A DNA stretch of 64,000 nt, from positions 18,972-82,971 of the IMG/VR virus record IMGVR_UViG_3300046004_000818. One strand, written 5' to 3'. Positions 58,941-64,000 of the stretch are shown here, piece by piece. The translations under genes were made by a program, and so were the position numbers. Within the stretch, counting starts at the first letter, position 1, and every line of letters begins with the position of its first letter. Origin of the DNA: a virus. The notes under the pieces were generated by a model that saw nothing but the letters and a program-made list of their open reading frames with translations, did no database searches and was not told the DNA's origin.

Positions 58941-61900
58941 CTAGTAGTTTCGGCCTACATTTAGACGCACTCGGAACCCTCTTGGATCGACTTTGCTAAC
59001 GCTGTAGCTGTATACGCGACAGCCACAGCAGTCGTGGTCGTGTGTGCAGTGAGAAGAGAATTTTTCTCTCAGTGCGTCATAGACTGCGCTGATAGGTGTG
59101 TTTCTTGGTGTGCTGACCTTGAAAGTCATCTTGCACACCTCATCAAAGCCATACAGCGTAGTTACTTTTGGGTTCAAAAATTTCAGCATAATTTTCTCCT
59201 TGAAGATGCGCTTAAGCAAGAGGTTTTAAGGCCTCTTGCTTAAGGGTTATACTTCCCAAGGCTTGATCTGCATAGACCGCCAAGGTGTACGTGGGGCCTT
59301 GTATCCGCTATCGTTATTGACGATGTTGTTCAGGATTTTGGTGGCCTTGATTAACTGGCGCTCGTAGTGCTTCTTGAGAGCAGGTTGGCCCTCTTTGTTG
59401 AAAAGCTTTTGCAGGTCTTTGACCTGTGCCTGTGCCTCTTGGCGGCTGATGCAGATAGTCATTTGCAAAGCTCCTTGCGACGGGCTGCAATAGCTGCTTG
59501 CATGGATGCCTTTGGGTCAATGGCGCGAGGTAGTGTAGGCTTTACCATGCCACTCTTGATAAGGTTGTTGAGGACTGCACGATCATTCTTGTTTACGTTT
59601 GCCATTTTTTAGCTCCTATTAAACTTTCTGTGTACCGATTTCGTCGCAAATGTCTTTTGCCTCTTTGAGGCGTAGCCCATGCTGTTCTTTGAGGAACTTG
59701 ATTGCCGTGACCTTGAGAGGCACTGGCTGGCGGTAGAGGCTGTTAATGATGCTCCACTCTGCCTCTGTAATCTGCAAATACGCTTTTGCGCTCCAGCTTA
59801 CGCTGTAGGTGTATGGATGGTCAGGCATAGCTACCATTGCCAGCACTACCTCTTTGGCCTCCCAAGGTGTCAGGTCGTGCTGGCTCAGGATCAAATCTCT
59901 TGCCAGTTCTGGGTTGTCCTCGCAGAGGGCTTTGGCAATGTTGTAGGTCAGGCTTGACAGCCTAATTTCTCCGAGACTCTTCTCATATATGAACGTACGC
60001 ATGGATAACCTTTCAAAGCAAACAGCCCACGGGATTGTGGGCTGTTAGGTTTGAAACCTAGGTGTTTAGATCTAGGTCTTTATTTTTAGAAAATCGCTGG
60101 AAATTTTCAGGAGTTAACCTGTCCCCAATTATTTTCTGAACCAGAACCGCACGAAGTCGGTCCAGATGTTGCGCTTCTCTTCGTATGGGTAGCCGTAGTC
60201 GTTGTACTTGACCATGTTAGAAGTCCTCGCTTGTAGCCAATAACCCGATAACAATGGACAGAACTATGCCTATACAAGCCATAGTGATTTGTGGGACTGT
60301 AGTAGCCAGCACAAGAAGCTGGATAAGACACACGCCAAGGCCCATTAAAGCGCCTAGCATTGCGAAGAACCTTGCTACTGCTTTCATTTCATGCCTGCCA
60401 TTCTCAGCCACTTGGCTGCTGCATCATTTCCGCATATACCGTCATAAACCATGTTCTGATCTATGCCTGCCTGTGTAATGGTCAGACCATCTACCTCAAG
60501 CTCGTCATCCACATCATCAAAGTCCACACCTTCACAGGTGTTGATGTTGTGCAGGTGCTGAAGCTCTGCGAGGATTGCTGTGGGCAGCAACTCTGCTTGA
60601 TAAGCCAAAGGTTCTGCTGTGTTCTTGAACGACAGCTTACGCTCATGGGGAATGTGAACTACTGGCACAATATACCTTTCAAAAATGCCTGTTGGAAGCA
60701 GTCAGGCTCTGCCTATGTGTGATGTGATGGTCGGCGCGTTGGGTTTCCGGTGTAACCTTAGCCTTGATTTCCGGTGCGATCTTGATCTTACATATAACCG
60801 TCCACTTTGTTATATGCGCTATAGGAGGTTGTTAGTCCTATAGGACAGGCTCTGAGGCCTGTGCTATAAGTTCTAGTAGTGCCCGTCACGCATGACTAGA
60901 GGGTCAAGGCTGTACACGAAACCGTTAGGGCTTGAACTACCTACAGAACTGCCTGCAGGAAGGAAGCAAGTGGCGTCTATGCTTGCGTGATTCTCTTGGA
61001 GAAAATCAAATCTAAGACTATTCTTCACATTGACTGTGCCTGTATGTGAACCGGGCACAGTGATTAACGTCTTGCCATTTGTGAGTAGTTTCATGCTGCA
61101 CCTCGCGCCATGTAGGTGACGACAGCTTTTGCGTCCATTGCAAAGGCGCAGAATTGCGCCCATGTGAGAGGCTTGAAGCCTTCGATGCTGGCATTGACAC
61201 AATGCCTTGCGAATAAGTATTCCACGATATACCTTTCAAAATCTAGGGGTCTGCCTAGTCAGTCTGTGTGAGTACACAAAGGACAGGCTCTAGGCCTGTG
61301 CTTTAGATACTACAAGGAAGGGTCTGCAAGCCTTTCCAAGCGTCCCCACAAAGGACAGGCTCTAGGCCTGTGCTTTAGATACTACAAGGAAGGGCCTGCA
61401 AGCCTCTCCAAGCGTCCCCACTTGAATACTACGTGCTGCACCTCTCGCCCTTCCTTGAGGGCCTCAGAGACAGCTTTAAGCCCTTGCATATAAGCTGCAT
61501 TCAGGGCCTGTTCAGTCAGGCTCAGGCTTGGAATCTGACGCTCCAAGAACGTGCACTGATAAGCCATACTAGACTGCACGTATCTCTACGATACCGTTCC
61601 GCAAGTCTCTGTCTGTGACCACATATTTGTGATCTTTGAGCAGCGTTCTTACTGCTTGCTCATTCTCAGGCAGCATACTCAGATGAACCCGGACATTTCT
61701 GACAAAGTTAATATCAGTGCACAGAGTTGTTAAGAGAATATTTAGAGTGTGCATATGTTCACCTTAACAGATATACACGTTCAACTTACCCGGATTCTCC
61801 CACTCGCAGAATAAGCCCTTGCTTGTCAAGGTATCGTCGATCTTGGGGCTTACACCAAAGATTCCCCAAGATTGGCAGTAGTACTCTGCCCATGTCTCTT

Positions 61901-62018
61901 GGTCGTTTTCTTCAGCACTGATGCTGAAGTTTCCATAAGCTGTGTTGTTGTCATTGACAAACACCGGGCAACCCATTTTTTTCAGCGCATTAAACGCTGC
62001 TACATATACCTTCTTCAT
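58941..62018 (-). CDS. cluster of small early hypothetical proteins separated by hairpins
   Basis: ORFs ending at 58941, 59247, 59619, 60217, 60384, 60873, 61382, 61569 and 61764; several share a TTGAAAGGT leader. Confidence 0.55.
61275..61421. repeat. 72-bp tandem duplication with 2 mismatches
   Basis: copies start at 61275 and 61347. Confidence 0.95.
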
Positions 62019-62087
62019 ACAATACCTTTCAAGTTAAACTACTACCACAAAGTAAAGCCCTGACTAGCAGGGCTTCTGGCTTTGTGG

Positions 62088-62545
62088 CCTGAACTAGGTT
62101 CAAGCCAACTCGGTCTGTCTATCTATCCGTTAGCTGCGCTGACCATTGAAGCGCGTTTAGTCGGTTCACTTTGCCACGCCAACCATTGAGGCGTACTTAC
62201 TACAACCAGTGCAGTAGAAGGGACTCACAGCGAATCCCCTAATGACTTCCATCAAGCTGTCATTAAACTTGTCTCTTACTCTACCCAGAGACTTGATTTA
62301 TCCGTTACACGCCACGGATAACACGGCGTTACATACTTGTCAGGTATGGTTTATCGTATGGTTAACGTATCTCCCATTTAGACTATGCGAGACTGTCTGA
62401 ATCTATAAAGTAAGCGGTTAAGCAAACTATTTTAGAGACAGGTTATCCCCTAGCGGTCGTCAATACGTCCCATTGTGATAAACAACATCATTGATTACTT
62501 ATCTAGTACGGGACTTGGGAGAACTGCCACTGTCAACCCAAGGAT
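62088..62545. ncRNA. candidate structured non-coding RNA (consecutive hairpins)
   Basis: no credible ORF; at least 7 short stem-loops, two of which share the loop ACCATTGA on different stems. Confidence 0.45.
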
Positions 62546-62615
62546 CATAAATAATCGCTGATTTCTACTATTCTTTAGACTGAGTTTGTCCCTATACCCT
62601 ATATTGTAGGGTTCT

Positions 62616-62719
62616 AGAGCCTGACTGCCAGAGCCTGACTGCCAGAGCCTGACTGCCAGAGCCTGACTGCCAGAGCCTGACTGCCAGAGCCTGACTGCCA
62701 GAGCCTGACTGCCAGAGCC
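62616..62719. repeat. perfect 14-bp tandem repeat AGAGCCTGACTGCC x7.4
   Basis: read directly. Confidence 0.97.
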
Positions 62720-62876
62720 AAAATCAATCACCAAACCTGACCTACGTTTAGACCAAAGCAAAGCCAAAGCAGAAGCAAAGACTAAGCAAAGATCAAACCC
62801 TGCCGGGAAATGCTGTAATCAGCATTATTGAAAGCATACAGTCTAATCCTGACTAAGCAGGATTAGGGTTTATGCT

Positions 62877-63623
62877 TTAAGCTGTGACAGACTCCAAAGT
62901 GACTAACAAAGCTTTGGCGGCTTCGGCGGCTTCGCCCATTCCGCTTGCGTCAATTTGCAACATTTTGATTTTGTGGGCGGCTTCGGCTTTGGCTTCGGCT
63001 TCGGCTTTGGCTTCGGCTTTGGCTTTGGCTTTGGCTTCGGCTTTGGCTTTGGCTTTGGCTTCGGTTATAGCCGCTTGGATACTGTCCAGTTGGGCAGTAT
63101 CCAGCATTCCGGCCTCGATCAAGTCATTGAAAGCCGCAACAAACTCCAAAGCTGTAAACGGGCGTACAGTATTGCGGGGAACCAGATCGAGCCGCAATAC
63201 TTCGGCTTCAAATTCAGCCTTGGCCTTGGCTTCGGCCTTGGCCTTGGCTTCGGTTTTCTTTTCTTCGGATTGTGGGACTTTCACTCCCAAGGGTGCCACA
63301 GATTCGGCGAAGCTTGTTTCAGCTTTGCTGATAACGTCAAGCCAATATGCTAAATCCTCTGCCGGTTGATCGTCAAACCCGACACCCTTTGGCGCCAAAT
63401 AGCCGACCTTGATATGATCCGTAGCCGCGCTGATAGCCGCTAATATGACCTTACCCTTGGCAGTCTTGCCACAATTCAGTACGGCATTGTTTAATCCAGT
63501 CCGGTTATTTGACCGAATAAACATTGTGAAAGCTTCGCTGAATGACTCATTCAGCAAAGCTTTAGAAGCTTCATTGTTACCGACGACAGATGCGACGACA
63601 GATGCAAAATTGATTTTAGCCAT
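62877..63623 (-). CDS. probable first early protein with AKA/AEA low-complexity repeats
   Basis: 248 aa, AAGGTAG RBS, downstream of a consensus-like promoter. Confidence 0.75.
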   Translation of the reverse strand: MAKINFASVVASVVGNNEASKALLNESFSEAFTMFIRSNNRTGLNNAVLNCGKTAKGKVILAAISAATDHIKVGYLAPKGVGFDDQPAEDLAYWLDVISKAETSFAESVAPLGVKVPQSEEKKTEAKAKAEAKAKAEFEAEVLRLDLVPRNTVRPFTALEFVAAFNDLIEAGMLDTAQLDSIQAAITEAKAKAKAEAKAKAKAEAKAEAEAKAEAAHKIKMLQIDASGMGEAAEAAKALLVTLESVTA

Positions 63624-63708
63624 GCTGTTTCTACCTTAAAAAATCACCCTATAAACCGGGTGTCGTTTCGGCGCCTAGTTTGGCGTCTATGCTTTTCGGC
63701 ATGGCTTG

Positions 63709-63737
63709 ATTCTAGGTTACAAATTACCATTACTCAA
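63709..63737 (-). promoter_or_regulatory. sigma70-type early promoter
   Basis: TTGAGT-17 bp-TAGAAT on the minus strand. Confidence 0.65.
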
Positions 63738-63784
63738 ATATACATTTCAATTGACTATGCAAGACCAATAGGCAAAGCCTATTG

Positions 63785-64000
<216 letters not shown>

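Overview
The window is about 64 kb of a tailed dsDNA phage genome with a long non-contractile tail. No capsid, portal, terminase, integrase or repressor genes fall inside it. The + strand (193-21531) carries neck and tail genes: tail tube, a chaperone with a -1 frameshift, a 2.2 kaa tape measure protein, tail tip and fibres, then a lysis cassette with an embedded Rz/Rz1 spanin pair. Everything from 21509 to 63623 is on the - strand. First comes a replication/nucleotide module: SbcCD-like nuclease, resolvase, ThyX, family A polymerase, DUF5664-like hydrolase, dUTPase, ExoX-like exonuclease, SSB, primase-helicase, SNF2 helicase and ATP ligase. About 24 kb of small early/accessory genes follows, including two HNH endonucleases overall, an M28 peptidase, a histone H1-like protein and a tRNA(CAT). 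The window ends in perfect short tandem repeat arrays. The most unusual signals are non-coding: (i) a long hairpin with three upstream complementary boxes in the primase leader, resembling C4/CI antisense architecture; (ii) two tandem covarying hairpin units with a conserved core at 53.4-53.55 kb; (iii) an approximately 450-nt hairpin-dense region at 62.1-62.5 kb with duplicated loops and duplicated complements; (iv) 14-, 10- and 7-bp tandem arrays near the probable genome end. All protein assignments come from motif recognition and synteny only; no database searches were run. A betaproteobacterial host is a guess.
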